64,000 nucleotides of DNA from a virus (Duplodnaviria > Caudoviricetes): the IMG/VR virus record IMGVR_UViG_3300028603_000021, positions 64,001-128,000 of that record; one strand, 5' to 3'. The notes beneath the pieces are model-generated. The model saw only the letters and a list, made by a program, of their open reading frames with translations, did not search any database and had not been told where the DNA came from. This document shows, in pieces, positions 26,867-38,000 of the stretch. The position numbers were made by a program, and so were the translations under genes. The first letter of the stretch is position 1, and each line of letters begins with the position of its first letter.

Positions 26867-27570
26867 ATGTTAGTATACTTACTCCCTCCGGCGCTCGGTT
26901 CTACTACGATGACCTTGTTGACCTTAACGCCCGATGCAATAGTGTTGTTGAGGAGTGCCTTAAACGATGCCACCTGGAAAGCGTCGAGGATGACCCTGTA
27001 GTTATTATTTCTTACACGCAGAAAAGGTGAGGTAACCGGAAGTGAGAGCGTTTCACCAGTATATGATCTTACCACGTAAAGCTTCGCTGTAACTGGGCGA
27101 ACTACGATAGTTATGCCATACAGCAAACTTCCTTTGTTTGACCTCAAAGGGGCGTCTAAAGTTGATGATGTTCCGTCAAAGACTTCCTTATAAGATTCCC
27201 GTATGTCAACCACAACATCCATCATAGCAGATTTAAACAGAAGGCGCAAAGCTTCACTTATGCCGTCTTTTGTGACGTTCTGTCTGATTGCGAAGAGTAT
27301 CCTGATACGATATCCTTCGTCACCCTCCCCTGGGTACCTTGAAACATCAAACATGGAACCAAGTCGGTCAAGGTACTGACCATAGGCTTGCGGGTAGATT
27401 ATGGGAAAATCCCCTTCGTACAGAAGCCTAAGATTGGATTTCTGTGTAGTAGCGTTAGTGATATACAAATTACCTAGTGTTTCCTTTACGGTAACCCTAG
27501 CTGAAGATATCCCAGAAGCAAGACTTCTGGTGAAGTTGTATAGAACGCTATCAGATCGTTTGCTACTCAT
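26863..27570 (-). CDS. baseplate wedge protein (gpI-like)
   Basis: AYGQYLDRLGSMFDVSRYPGEGDEGYRIRI; position downstream of baseplate J. Confidence 0.7.
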   Translation of the reverse strand: MSSKRSDSVLYNFTRSLASGISSARVTVKETLGNLYITNATTQKSNLRLLYEGDFPIIYPQAYGQYLDRLGSMFDVSRYPGEGDEGYRIRILFAIRQNVTKDGISEALRLLFKSAMMDVVVDIRESYKEVFDGTSSTLDAPLRSNKGSLLYGITIVVRPVTAKLYVVRSYTGETLSLPVTSPFLRVRNNNYRVILDAFQVASFKALLNNTIASGVKVNKVIVVEPSAGGSKYTNI

Positions 27571-29014
27571 CTAAATCCTCGTAGTGAAGAAAATAAGGTG
27601 GATACTTAGAGTAAAGACGCTCAACACTCGCAGATATCTCTGTTACCATCGACTGATATTCAGAATAGAACTCAAAGTAGATAGATGGCAATGTGCTGCT
27701 AGTTTTAACACCGGTAATTGTTTCTACCTGTCCCGGGTATGACTCTCTAGTCTTATAGGAGCCGTAGTCATTTATGTAAGATAAGTTAACGAATGAGTAG
27801 TCTTTAGTTTTTATATCATCAGGAGAAAACGCTGTTTCGACTTTCATATACACTCCGTAATAATCTCCTGGAGCTAAGTCTGGTACTCTTAGTCTGCTGT
27901 TAGCTGGAGAAAATGCCCTATTCCTCAGGTCGAAATATGCTGATGACCCATCAGGATTAAACGGGTACAGTTCCCCAGACGGGCTCAGCAACAAAGAAAT
28001 CCGCACCTGGTCAAACAAAGAGGTTCTCGAAGAAGCGCCAAGAAGTATGTCATCGTTTGTAGTAAACTGACTGCCTTCGTATATAGTTATACCGTTTGGA
28101 ACAGAGGATGTCACAGCCCTGTAGCCTATACCCCCACTCATAGAAAGATAGATATTTCTTCTTACTAAGTTCGGGATGCTGGTGTTGTTAACAATATAGA
28201 AAGCAGAGTACATCACACCAGACGACAAAGCGTTCTTGGATTCTATATAAGGAATTCCGCCAGCGGTAACCTTCGCAACCCTGAGCAATGATGGATCTGG
28301 TACTGATGAAACCGAGTAGTACGACTGGTATGAAGATATGTCAGCTGGTGACATGTCTCCGGTAACAGTAGCTGCTTTCAGCAACAGGGGCAGAGATTTT
28401 ACTGAAGAAAACTTTACAGGGTACACAAAGAACTCTGATAACACCCTTGAGGTGCTTAGATATGCACGGTCACTCACACTGGTAGGTAATACCAAAAACT
28501 CGCTAGAAAGGGGCGGAGTTACGTTTATGGTAGCCGTTGACACAACCGCTGGAGACATTACGATCTCGCTGTCGTAGGCGGGTACCTCAGTAGTTCTAGA
28601 ACTAGAGATTCCATAAACCATAAACCCAGATGATATTGTTGTACTTACAGGGAGACCAGTACCAAGAACGGGGCGTGAACGAGTAGATACCGAAGCCTCT
28701 CCGGTCAACATAGGAGCAAACAAAAAGGCTCCAGATCCCGGTAATAGTGTTAGCGGATAAACCAAGCGCTCGTCTACGAACGAGACTGGTGTTTCTCCGT
28801 GCCTCTTGGCAAAGAAGACAAACGACTCGTCCACTGTAGACGTATGCAGCTGTCTGTTGAGAAAGTCCGGTGAAAAAACTGAAGACCCACTACTGCCTAG
28901 GTAAGTCACTACATCTTCTGAAACAGAGAACACAACAACGTCGTCACCGCTTACCACAGTAAACGGAGATAAACTTTCGATGTTCTCTATCGCAGGAAGG
29001 CTGATGGTCTGCAT
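27563..29014 (-). CDS. putative baseplate/virion protein
   Basis: Position in baseplate cluster; Ser/Val-rich beta protein. Confidence 0.5.
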   Translation of the reverse strand: MQTISLPAIENIESLSPFTVVSGDDVVVFSVSEDVVTYLGSSGSSVFSPDFLNRQLHTSTVDESFVFFAKRHGETPVSFVDERLVYPLTLLPGSGAFLFAPMLTGEASVSTRSRPVLGTGLPVSTTISSGFMVYGISSSRTTEVPAYDSEIVMSPAVVSTATINVTPPLSSEFLVLPTSVSDRAYLSTSRVLSEFFVYPVKFSSVKSLPLLLKAATVTGDMSPADISSYQSYYSVSSVPDPSLLRVAKVTAGGIPYIESKNALSSGVMYSAFYIVNNTSIPNLVRRNIYLSMSGGIGYRAVTSSVPNGITIYEGSQFTTNDDILLGASSRTSLFDQVRISLLLSPSGELYPFNPDGSSAYFDLRNRAFSPANSRLRVPDLAPGDYYGVYMKVETAFSPDDIKTKDYSFVNLSYINDYGSYKTRESYPGQVETITGVKTSSTLPSIYFEFYSEYQSMVTEISASVERLYSKYPPYFLHYEDLDE

Positions 29015-29022
29015 AGTTTACA

Positions 29023-29436
29023 TCAGAGCTTGAAGACGTTACCTGTTCCGCCATCCCACAGGATGGTTATGTTGCCACCGTTGGGAAGTATCGGGTTGAA
29101 CCCTTCGTCTATGTAAACTACGGGCTGTCCTGAGGTATCGTCGTAGATTATGATAGCTCCCACTAGGTTCCCGGTGACGTTGGTGAACTCAGTACTACCT
29201 GCTGGGATGGTGGCAGTACCGTATGTGTCCGTGCCAACCGTAACACTGACTGCTGTGCCTACTACACCTGCCGGTACTTCCGTTGAAAAATCTGTAGCTT
29301 CAGCAAAATCTGGGGTGTTGTATCCACTGGCCTCTGTGTTAACCAAAGCAACTTTGTAAGCAGTACCAGTTGTTGTCCACGCCAAAGTCCCTGTTAAAAA
29401 CTTTTCTCTGGCTTTTGCGTATAGTTGATTCGCCAT
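29023..29436 (-). CDS. small virion structural protein
   Basis: MANQLYAKAREKFLTG...PNGGNITILWD resembles a common phage tail-associated family. Confidence 0.6.
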   Translation of the reverse strand: MANQLYAKAREKFLTGTLAWTTTGTAYKVALVNTEASGYNTPDFAEATDFSTEVPAGVVGTAVSVTVGTDTYGTATIPAGSTEFTNVTGNLVGAIIIYDDTSGQPVVYIDEGFNPILPNGGNITILWDGGTGNVFKL

Positions 29437-29456
29437 GATCTATCAATCTCCTTTTC

Positions 29457-31679
29457 TTACGTTATAAATTTTATCCCAACTAATGGGGATATCGTAGTGT
29501 CAGGTAATGATACACTACCAAGCCTGAAAAGCTGTGTTGCACTAGATGTATAGTCCGATATGTACTGATACTGTATAGTGAGTGGGTCTATAGGGTAGGA
29601 AAGTCCTGGATATCCAAGCAGAGGCTCGGAAAACAAGTAGGACGAAACATACAAGAACTCTAGAGAGGTAAGTACCAGCCCAAAGTTGATAGTGGACACA
29701 GACACAAAATCCTCTGGTGTAACAGCAGACATGAGCGCTGAGTAAAAGGAAGAAAGTATCTTAGCATCCCCGAAAAGTATAGAATAGGTTGTGTTGCCCC
29801 CACCGGCAGGCACAGAGTCGTGTATGATGCCAACAGCGCCTTGATCGGTGGCTGTGGTAGCTACATAGTCACTACCTGAAAGTTTAACTGGAGTACCGTC
29901 AGCTATCGTTCCGGCTTGGGTGATATCTTCTTCGTAAGATGTAGCTACGGTTTTCAATGCAGCCAGATCATAGTCTGCTTTGTAGATAGTATACGTATCC
30001 AGAGTAAGCTCTTTAGAGATAATCAAGTTGAAGATGTTCTCTATACCGGGTATAGTTCCAACCCTAGACAAGACCTCAGAGTATTTAAGAGAATCCCCTG
30101 GGTTCTTGGTTTTTAAGTATGAGTTGATAGTGGCACTAACCTGTGTCATGATTGTAGATGTTGTTACTCCCACGGTTGGCTTGATTACCATGGAGAAGTG
30201 AGTCTTTATAAGGTCTGGAGACGATACTATCAAGTTAACCCCAGCTGCTTTCCATGAAGAATCCAGAGCTTTCTTTACCTCGTTTTTCTTAGACGGGGAT
30301 ATGACACCATCCTCGTTAGATACCAGCAGTATAGTTGTCCCTCTGGGGCTTACATCCGAAGTGAGGGTCTTGGCAAAGGTGATACCAGATATCTGCAAGG
30401 CTCCTGCTTCCAGGGCGCTTGGTGTGGCCTTAGAAAGGCTGGAAAGGTAAGCTCTGAGGTACGTTCTGTACTCCTCGTCGTTATCCTCGTCAGACCCACC
30501 AGCAACCATGTGTGAGGTTGGTATCTTATACTCTGAGGTAAGAACATCATCCGGATCAAATATAACAGTGTCACTTATCTGGTCGGGGCGCTGAGAAACC
30601 ACCAACCCGTAGGTTCCAGCTACGAACTGCTCTATGTCGGTTGTATAGTTCGCACCCTCATCGTAGTCAGTTCCTCCGTATGAGAATGTCCTCAGGTAAA
30701 GGGTCTTGACAACCCCACCGTCTGTTATGGTTATAGACGGTACGGGGCTGTTAGAGATAGCATCCTTAAGAGTTATAACACTAGTATCTTGCGACATGTA
30801 TTCAAATATCAATCCTGCTTGTTTCGTAACTGCCCCTGGCGTACCTATAGGCATATCAGAATATATAGCAACTATCGGGTTTCCGTCAACGTCTTGCTTT
30901 ATCTCTACGAAACCACGAGGGGAGAAGTTATAAGCATTAACCACACTGAGCTTTCCACTGTTGTAACCGAGAAGGTTAGTGAATCTGCTGTAGAATGGGG
31001 CACTGGAAACCGGCTGACCAGACGAGAAGAATATTATACCAGGATTACTAGTGTTTAGAACGTTAGAAATTCCCGGAGGTGGAGACGGGAACGAGGTTAT
31101 CCCACCTTCTATGATGTTAGTTTTCGCGCCGGTCAGGACAGCGGCAACCGGCAGTATCAGATACTGAACATTCCTGTTACCAAGGTCTATCAACGGCTCA
31201 ACCGTATCTCCTTCGTTCACAGGGGTCAACACCGCATCGTCGTTACGGGGTTGAATCAGAGAAAAAACAATTCCTTCGTCACCTTGGTTGTTGAAACCGA
31301 TGAATTTCGTTGAAGACTCAACTCCGCTCACAAACTTTCCAGTGTCGTAGTTGTAGTTAGCGTAACGAAGCTTAACAGACGTGGGGTTTGCTAGGGGGGA
31401 TTCCCCGTACAGCACGACATACCCCATGCTCCTGGTAGCAGGAGACCTAGGCAGCTGGAATGTACCGTTTATCAGCTTGTCTAGGTAAGCACCAGACGCG
31501 GTAGCTATGTAAGCTTGTTTCTCTACCTCAGCTATGTCTCTGTGCACATCCTCCAAAGCCGCAGACACAGAAAATATCATATCGTGGACAACGGATCCAA
31601 CAGAGAAGTCTGTAACTCTGCTCTGTATGCGCGAGTAGAACGCAATTATGTTACGCTTGATTTCACTTAGAGTCTTCAC
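29457..31679 (-). CDS. baseplate J-like wedge protein
   Basis: TDFSVGSV, TASGAYLD, GGSDEDNDEEYR, KAAGV; start GTG 31679 overlapping upstream stop. Confidence 0.85.
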   Translation of the reverse strand: MKTLSEIKRNIIAFYSRIQSRVTDFSVGSVVHDMIFSVSAALEDVHRDIAEVEKQAYIATASGAYLDKLINGTFQLPRSPATRSMGYVVLYGESPLANPTSVKLRYANYNYDTGKFVSGVESSTKFIGFNNQGDEGIVFSLIQPRNDDAVLTPVNEGDTVEPLIDLGNRNVQYLILPVAAVLTGAKTNIIEGGITSFPSPPPGISNVLNTSNPGIIFFSSGQPVSSAPFYSRFTNLLGYNSGKLSVVNAYNFSPRGFVEIKQDVDGNPIVAIYSDMPIGTPGAVTKQAGLIFEYMSQDTSVITLKDAISNSPVPSITITDGGVVKTLYLRTFSYGGTDYDEGANYTTDIEQFVAGTYGLVVSQRPDQISDTVIFDPDDVLTSEYKIPTSHMVAGGSDEDNDEEYRTYLRAYLSSLSKATPSALEAGALQISGITFAKTLTSDVSPRGTTILLVSNEDGVISPSKKNEVKKALDSSWKAAGVNLIVSSPDLIKTHFSMVIKPTVGVTTSTIMTQVSATINSYLKTKNPGDSLKYSEVLSRVGTIPGIENIFNLIISKELTLDTYTIYKADYDLAALKTVATSYEEDITQAGTIADGTPVKLSGSDYVATTATDQGAVGIIHDSVPAGGGNTTYSILFGDAKILSSFYSALMSAVTPEDFVSVSTINFGLVLTSLEFLYVSSYLFSEPLLGYPGLSYPIDPLTIQYQYISDYTSSATQLFRLGSVSLPDTTISPLVGIKFIT

Positions 31680-32209
31680 ACTTGCGCTCCTGCGGATAAC
31701 GACAGCTGTATAACTAGGTCGTCCACGCTTACCGGTGCTACATCGCACACCACAGACACAACAGTAGGAGACTCGAACTTACACACTACTTTTATGACAG
31801 ACGCTGTGCGAGAGTCCTTACCTATCTCTTCTGCAACATCAGACGAGAGCTGGGCTTCAACTATGGATTTATTCCGGTAGCTCTGGCCGAGGTAACTATC
31901 CCACGGTACCCCGAACGACCTATCCGCTGGATGGTATCCGCGAGTCGTCATCAGTCTGTGCAGCAAGGCTTGGGCATAGTTAAGCACTCCAGAAACTATC
32001 ATCATATCTTTAGACGGTAGGGAAGAAGAAGTAGTACGGATGTCGCCCTCTCCCAGCATCATGAGGTCTGTGCGAAAAATCCTTCTCCTCGCGTCCGAGG
32101 CAGACAGCCTAGATATCTGCTCTTCTATATCACCTATCAGCTCAGAGTTAGCAAAGGTAACATTCATGTTGTTGAAGGTTATAAGCCCCTTTGTACTGTT
32201 GAAGTCCAC
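31676..32209 (-). CDS. baseplate wedge / sheath initiator (gp25/W-like)
   Basis: SGVLNYAQALLHRLMTTRG...FGV...KDSR. Confidence 0.75.
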   Translation of the reverse strand: MDFNSTKGLITFNNMNVTFANSELIGDIEEQISRLSASDARRRIFRTDLMMLGEGDIRTTSSSLPSKDMMIVSGVLNYAQALLHRLMTTRGYHPADRSFGVPWDSYLGQSYRNKSIVEAQLSSDVAEEIGKDSRTASVIKVVCKFESPTVVSVVCDVAPVSVDDLVIQLSLSAGAQV

Positions 32210-32239
32210 GAAGTTATTCTACCATACACAAGGTGATTA

Positions 32240-32773
32240 TCACTCTTGCGCCTCTGCTGTGTACAATCCCTTGATGTATTCTCCGTTACCACCAATCTGA
32301 TCGAAGAGCCTAGCGATCTTCTCTCCCGATGCAACTAAGCCCCCATCACCACCGACTATGATGATAGAAGCAGCAACAGCTTCATTTCCACCGTCAGGCT
32401 GTTTGTCGGGTAGCCCCAAGTTAAACCCGTAAGACACCAGGTCAGAAGAAAACTCGTTCATCTTTCCGACATATTGGAAGTAGTAGATACCAGAATCCGC
32501 AAGAGCGTTAGCTAGCTTGTTGGTAAGAGAAGTGGCTTCGTCGAGTATGCGCTGTGCGTCGTTAAGTATATCCGTAGCCGCGCCTAGTGCTTGTCCAGCG
32601 CGGGTGACTTCTTCTTGTGCTGCGGCTGCCTTCTTCTGGAGCCAAGCTACACCGTCTTGTGCTTTTCCTATGGCCGCTGCGTTCTCGTTCGCCTTAGCAG
32701 CGATTGCATCAGCCGCCTCAGAAAGCCCAGGAACTATGTCTGAGAAGGTTACTTTTCCTATATAGTATAACAT
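32240..32773 (-). CDS. hypothetical baseplate-region coiled-coil protein
   Basis: Ala-rich heptads; AGGAG RBS. Confidence 0.55.
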   Translation of the reverse strand: MLYYIGKVTFSDIVPGLSEAADAIAAKANENAAAIGKAQDGVAWLQKKAAAAQEEVTRAGQALGAATDILNDAQRILDEATSLTNKLANALADSGIYYFQYVGKMNEFSSDLVSYGFNLGLPDKQPDGGNEAVAASIIIVGGDGGLVASGEKIARLFDQIGGNGEYIKGLYTAEAQE

Positions 32774-32783
32774 CTATTCTCCT

Positions 32784-33095
32784 TTATGGTATAACGACAT
32801 TCACAAACCCGTTTCCAGAAACCCCTGTGTGACTGCAAGTTGCACCACAGGCATCTAAAGCTACAACTTTACCGTTAACCTTGAAAAAGGACTGCCTGGT
32901 CTCTGAAACAGTCACACCAGAGTGGATAGTTAGGCCGCCGTCTGCCATATGCGCAGCTATGATATCCCCGTGGACAACAACAGGATTCCCGTCTATCCTA
33001 ACATTAGTGTTAGATGGGGTAATCAACGAAGGATTAGGTGTAAACTCACCTACCCCAACGTTCAAGCCGTCACCGCCCACAACCACCTTAGGCAT
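32784..33095 (-). CDS. PAAR-like spike tip protein
   Basis: NVRIDGNPVVVHGD..AH...H...KVNGKVVA..CGATCSH. Confidence 0.8.
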   Translation of the reverse strand: MPKVVVGGDGLNVGVGEFTPNPSLITPSNTNVRIDGNPVVVHGDIIAAHMADGGLTIHSGVTVSETRQSFFKVNGKVVALDACGATCSHTGVSGNGFVNVVIP

Positions 33096-35037
33096 TATCT
33101 ACGTCCACAGTAGTTCCTTTTATAGTTATTCCTTTTCCTGTTACAGCTATATCGGAATTTGCATCCCCCAAAGTAATAAGTCCACTACCACCGTCATCAC
33201 CTATAACTATCGGCAACGTCAACCCAGAAGCAAGCCGCTTAACAGATACTCCTGAAACATCCTGAGTAATGCTATGCAACGGGGCTCCTGCAAGGTTTAC
33301 TACAGTGGAAGACGACGGGATAGCGCTGTCTTCAGTGGTTATTATCTCGTTCAAGTTCTTTGCGAGCACGCTCTTAGTGACTTTAGCCGTGTTATCTATG
33401 GTTATATTTTCCGTGGTAGTTATCGTGTCACTCCCAACAAGCTCACCAACGCTGACCTTGTTGTACTCACTCCCTGAAGTAGATATAGTCTCTGTATAAG
33501 CATGAGGAGCACCAGGAGCAATGTGCTCTAAGTGAGTAGTCTGCACAGCTTCTGCGCCAGTCAGGGCTTGAGTCCATGTAGATGTTTCAACTACCCCGTT
33601 GTAGCCGCCGGTTTCTTGGGCTACAGAAGTTACCAAGACCTCATCTTTTGAGTACAAGGAGAAGGTCTGGTTAGTTGGGTTACCATCGGTGTTGTTCCTG
33701 AAGTATATACCAGGAGACATAGCTCCGTTAACCAAAGTATTCATCCCGGCAGACAGACGTGAGCCAAGCTCACCGATGATGTCTGGTGTACTCACCATCA
33801 AAACCTCTTGGTTCGGGACATCGTTCTTTGTAACGCCAGTCTTAGTACCGAAGGATGTCTGTGAGTCGCCAAAAGCACTTCCGTTGCGTATGTATGTGAA
33901 CTCTCCCTTGCCCTTCACACCACCCTGCTCTATAACCTGCTTGTTAGCTGTCCAAGACAAGACCCTCGGGGCTTCTGGGTCAGCATCCAGCAGCACTCCC
34001 TGACCTAAGTGATCTCGGACACGTATCTGACCCCTCTCTCCGTTGTGTACGATAGTAAACTGCTCGTCGTACTGGCTTTTGAGGGTTATGACCAGCTGTT
34101 CTCCGTCCCCGTACTGGTCTTGGATAAGGAGTTTGTTGTTTCCTCGCAAGGCTACCTGGTATTCCTCGGCAGCGGCTATCTCTCGCTCGAAGCTAACGGA
34201 ATCTAGGTATGGTTTGTCCATGACTGGCTGGTAAGCAAGGTAATTTTTGGTCTTCAAGGTGGTTTTATACGCCCTGGTAGGCGTCCTTGAGGTTTTGGGG
34301 GTCAAGTCGTAGTCATCAGGAGACAGAGGAGTATCGAGGGGTGTGTAGACGATGTTTCCATACATGTATGCCTCGTCTTTTTCCCTCTCCTTCGGAACAT
34401 TCAGGGGTTCCGGGTACTTACCCTTGTCAGTTTCTACACTTCCACCCTCGATAAGCGCAGACCCGGTGTTGATAAGGTACGGGCGGTTGTTTTCAGCTGG
34501 TTCTATGTCGAAAACAGCGTCTCCACGCACCACGAACTTTCCTTGCTCCAGGTTGCTCCTGTAGAAGCTCCTGAACCTATACCCAGTTATCGAGCGTATA
34601 AACTTGGTTCTGAAGTCGGCGTCTTCGGTTTTAGGGTCAAACTGGTCAGTATGGTCTCTGTGGCTGCGCAGGTGACCGTAGTCACCGTGCATAGACCCCC
34701 ATATCGGAGCTGGGTTGTCGTTTGAGTAGCTAGAGAATCTATAGATAGGGGTTTGGTCGTTGCTTCTCCTTGTTTCCTCGATCCAGACTACATCCCCGAT
34801 CTGAGGAAGCTTGAAAGAGCCGATAACCTCTTGAGGAACTAGAACATTGTAAGCTATCCCAGGGTTGTTCTGGGACATCTTAAAACCGCCGATGTGCATG
34901 TTCCTACCCGTCTGTGGGGAGATAGCTGCGATAGTGCCCTCTTGCTGCTCGTCTGCTATCGTAGAGTTATGGTCAACCCACGCGACGTACATCTTGAAAC
35001 GCTTATCATAGGTAGATATGAGAGGATTATAGCTCAC
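33088..35037 (-). CDS. baseplate central spike (gp5/gpV-like)
   Basis: LPQIGDVVW OB motif, beta-helix-like C-terminus, upstream of PAAR. Confidence 0.7.
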   Translation of the reverse strand: MSYNPLISTYDKRFKMYVAWVDHNSTIADEQQEGTIAAISPQTGRNMHIGGFKMSQNNPGIAYNVLVPQEVIGSFKLPQIGDVVWIEETRRSNDQTPIYRFSSYSNDNPAPIWGSMHGDYGHLRSHRDHTDQFDPKTEDADFRTKFIRSITGYRFRSFYRSNLEQGKFVVRGDAVFDIEPAENNRPYLINTGSALIEGGSVETDKGKYPEPLNVPKEREKDEAYMYGNIVYTPLDTPLSPDDYDLTPKTSRTPTRAYKTTLKTKNYLAYQPVMDKPYLDSVSFEREIAAAEEYQVALRGNNKLLIQDQYGDGEQLVITLKSQYDEQFTIVHNGERGQIRVRDHLGQGVLLDADPEAPRVLSWTANKQVIEQGGVKGKGEFTYIRNGSAFGDSQTSFGTKTGVTKNDVPNQEVLMVSTPDIIGELGSRLSAGMNTLVNGAMSPGIYFRNNTDGNPTNQTFSLYSKDEVLVTSVAQETGGYNGVVETSTWTQALTGAEAVQTTHLEHIAPGAPHAYTETISTSGSEYNKVSVGELVGSDTITTTENITIDNTAKVTKSVLAKNLNEIITTEDSAIPSSSTVVNLAGAPLHSITQDVSGVSVKRLASGLTLPIVIGDDGGSGLITLGDANSDIAVTGKGITIKGTTVDVDNA

Positions 35038-38000
35038 TCTTCACTTTCCTCCGGTACTTTTTTCGTCTCATCCCACATCTTCTGATCAACCGCGCCAAAC
35101 AGGTTGCCGTAATCTCCGGGTTGAGGCGGCCTGTATATGCCAAGAGCATCCTTGTTTTCAAATGATGCTGGCAGATCCCGGTCAGGGAACGAAATTCCCT
35201 TGGCTTTTTTCATGAAGATTGCATCAGCTTTGTACTGCTGTACTACCTCATTCACACGTTCCATATCTGGTGTAGGTGATACAACCACCTCGTTGAAAAC
35301 TTCTTTGGTGGCTTCTTCAGTCGATGTAGTAGACTCTAGCCCCTCCATAAGAGCTATATCATACATGTAGTTGGATGTATTCCTGAAGCCCTGTGCATTG
35401 TAGAGGAAATTTCCTTTCTTGAAGAGCTGATCTTCTTTAAACTGCTCTACGAACATATTCTGCAACGGGCTCAGGACGCTAGCGCCTGGTGTGTCGCTGT
35501 AAGTTTCATACATCACATCACGCTGAATCTTAGACTCCCAGCCTATGCGCATCTTCTTCTCTAGAGAAAGGAAGCCTACAGGTAGAAAGTTTCTGGGTTC
35601 TAGCAAGATAAGGTTATCCTGGCCGAAGTTGAGGCTCAGTGCGGTTGTCGCCTCAGTATCCTGGGTAAATGTGTGTGACACCCTCTCTATCAGATACGAA
35701 GTTACTCTGAAGTCCTGGAACCGTATCGCATTCATAACTCCAGCCGCAGTTCTCTTCTGGTAGATGGCGTTCAGCGTGTCGGCAGCCCCTCTGTCCCCAG
35801 TCAAAGCAGAGCTTAGCAGTGCACTGTATGTATCCACGACATCGGACGGAAGAACTGCGTTTTCGTCCCAACCACGGAATGTTCCAGACCCATCAGGGGG
35901 GTCTCCCTGTGTAAAATACCAGTACGTAGTAGGAAAATACTCTGGGGTTATCACTGATACCCCAGGGGCTGAATTTTTTATGAAAAGCAAGGTGGATACT
36001 ATAGCTCTCCGTACAAAGTCCTTTGGGTCAGTACGAAACGCTGTAGACGAGACCCCAGGTATAGGCTCAAAACCAGTGGTTTTCTCATAGTATTCTGGGT
36101 GCAAAAGCCTCTCATCGACCCCTATATACATGTCCATAGAGTCTCTATCCATACCTTCGAGCCAGCTGATGAGCTTATCAATATCTACCGGAGTCCTAGC
36201 ACGATATTTACTGTTCTGTAGGGATACAAGCACTGTTTCTCCAGCCCGAAACGCTGGGTTCCCTCTGACTCTGAGGTTGGCTTGTTTCAGGGGCTTGCTA
36301 AAGAAATCCCGGTATATAATAGCTTTGCGCTGTGCCTCTCTTGGCTGGCTAGTATAGATGTCTTCTGTGCGTTGAGACCTCATGCCATAGCGAAAGAAAT
36401 CTGGGGCTATAGTCTCAGGAGGAGCTTCTGGTGGAAGATTTATAAGTGGGACTTCTCCCGCCTCAGGAACACTTCTACCCATAAAGGCAAGTCCCATCCT
36501 AGCGGTAGCTCCGTCACCGGTTAGTGGCCTGACATCTATCATGGTCTTAAGCTCCGCGTCAGACTGCTCGAAGGAAGCTCCCTCACCGAGCATGTCTATG
36601 TCTTGTATTATCGGAGTGTACAACGGCTGTGGAGTCCTATCCATACCTTCGAACGTGAGCCTGTATCTTATCCTACCGGTCTCATCAACAAAAACCTGGT
36701 AAAAAGCCCCAACTCCAACTACTCGCTTCAAGTTAGAGTAGATAGATTCACCCGGAGACAGCATTACACTAGTGTTTATCACTGCTTGTTGTTCCGGTAT
36801 AGTATACGATTTATCTAGCACCGAAATCATTTCTCTTATCCTGGTAGTATCTACGTAGTTAACCGGAGAAAATACCCGTAGTTTAGACTTATCAACTTCT
36901 CCCCTAGCCATGATAGCTTCAGACATGACTACATTACCACGGATAGGAACCTCTTCCTCTAAGTCAAGGTGGTCAACATCTATAGCTATGATACTTTCTT
37001 TGTTATCAGGAAGATCTTTGTACTTATACCCCTTAGACTGTACCCACAGCTTGTTAGCCGCGTCGATATAATAAGAGCTGGGTTTACCGAAGAGAATCTT
37101 CTTAGGTGCCCACCTGTTGACTATAGCCAGTATTGCTCTAGGCGGAGACATGTACACGAAAAAGCTCTTGTAGTCAGCTTGGAGCTTAGCCATGTAGTCA
37201 GCGGCATAGATAGACTCATAGAAAACCTCATGCTCGTTTATGATCTTCTCCATGCCACCACCAGAGATAGTTACAGTATATGCTCCCTGCGCAGATCCAA
37301 CTGCGGTTTTGACAGTACTTATCTGACCACGAAGCACTAGATACGGGGTCTCACCGTGCGTCGGTTTCTCTGCCCCAGAGGTTATGATAGTTCTGCCGTT
37401 AGAAAAATTCTGTCTTGTCTTTGTTACCAAATGCTTGCTTCTTCTACCCTCAGAATCTAAGTGAGTGTTAGATGCTCCAAGGTAGTCTGACAACTCCTTG
37501 TTCATCGACGCTACAAACAAGTTCAGCCCGTTAACAATAGTTGACGGCTGCCCAAGCAAGTCAAAAAACTCTAAGTACCCAGCAGTCCCCGTACCCATGG
37601 AGGCTGCTTCCATAACTGTTTGCTCGTCATCAGATAAAAGCAGCTCTCCGCTATCACTAACTTCAAGCTTGCTTATAAAGTAACGTAGCATCTCTTTCCT
37701 CTTTCGGTTAACTACCTCTATATTCCACCCATCTTTTACTTCATAGTCCTTAGAGGTCATGGGCTTCATCAGGAATTCATAGATAAAATGCCCAATGTCA
37801 TCACCAAACATCTGTTTGGTGTATTTCTCCATCCTACCTTCGATGTCATTTCCGTCGGTGTCTAGCTTGGAGGCTCTTTCTGTGAAACTGCTGCCAGCGA
37901 CAGACTCTTGCAGAAAGCTGTTGAAGATGTCAGCCAAGTTCTCCTTGGTAACCCCTTTCACACGAGTTTCTGGTAGGTCAGACAGAACAGCTTCCATAGT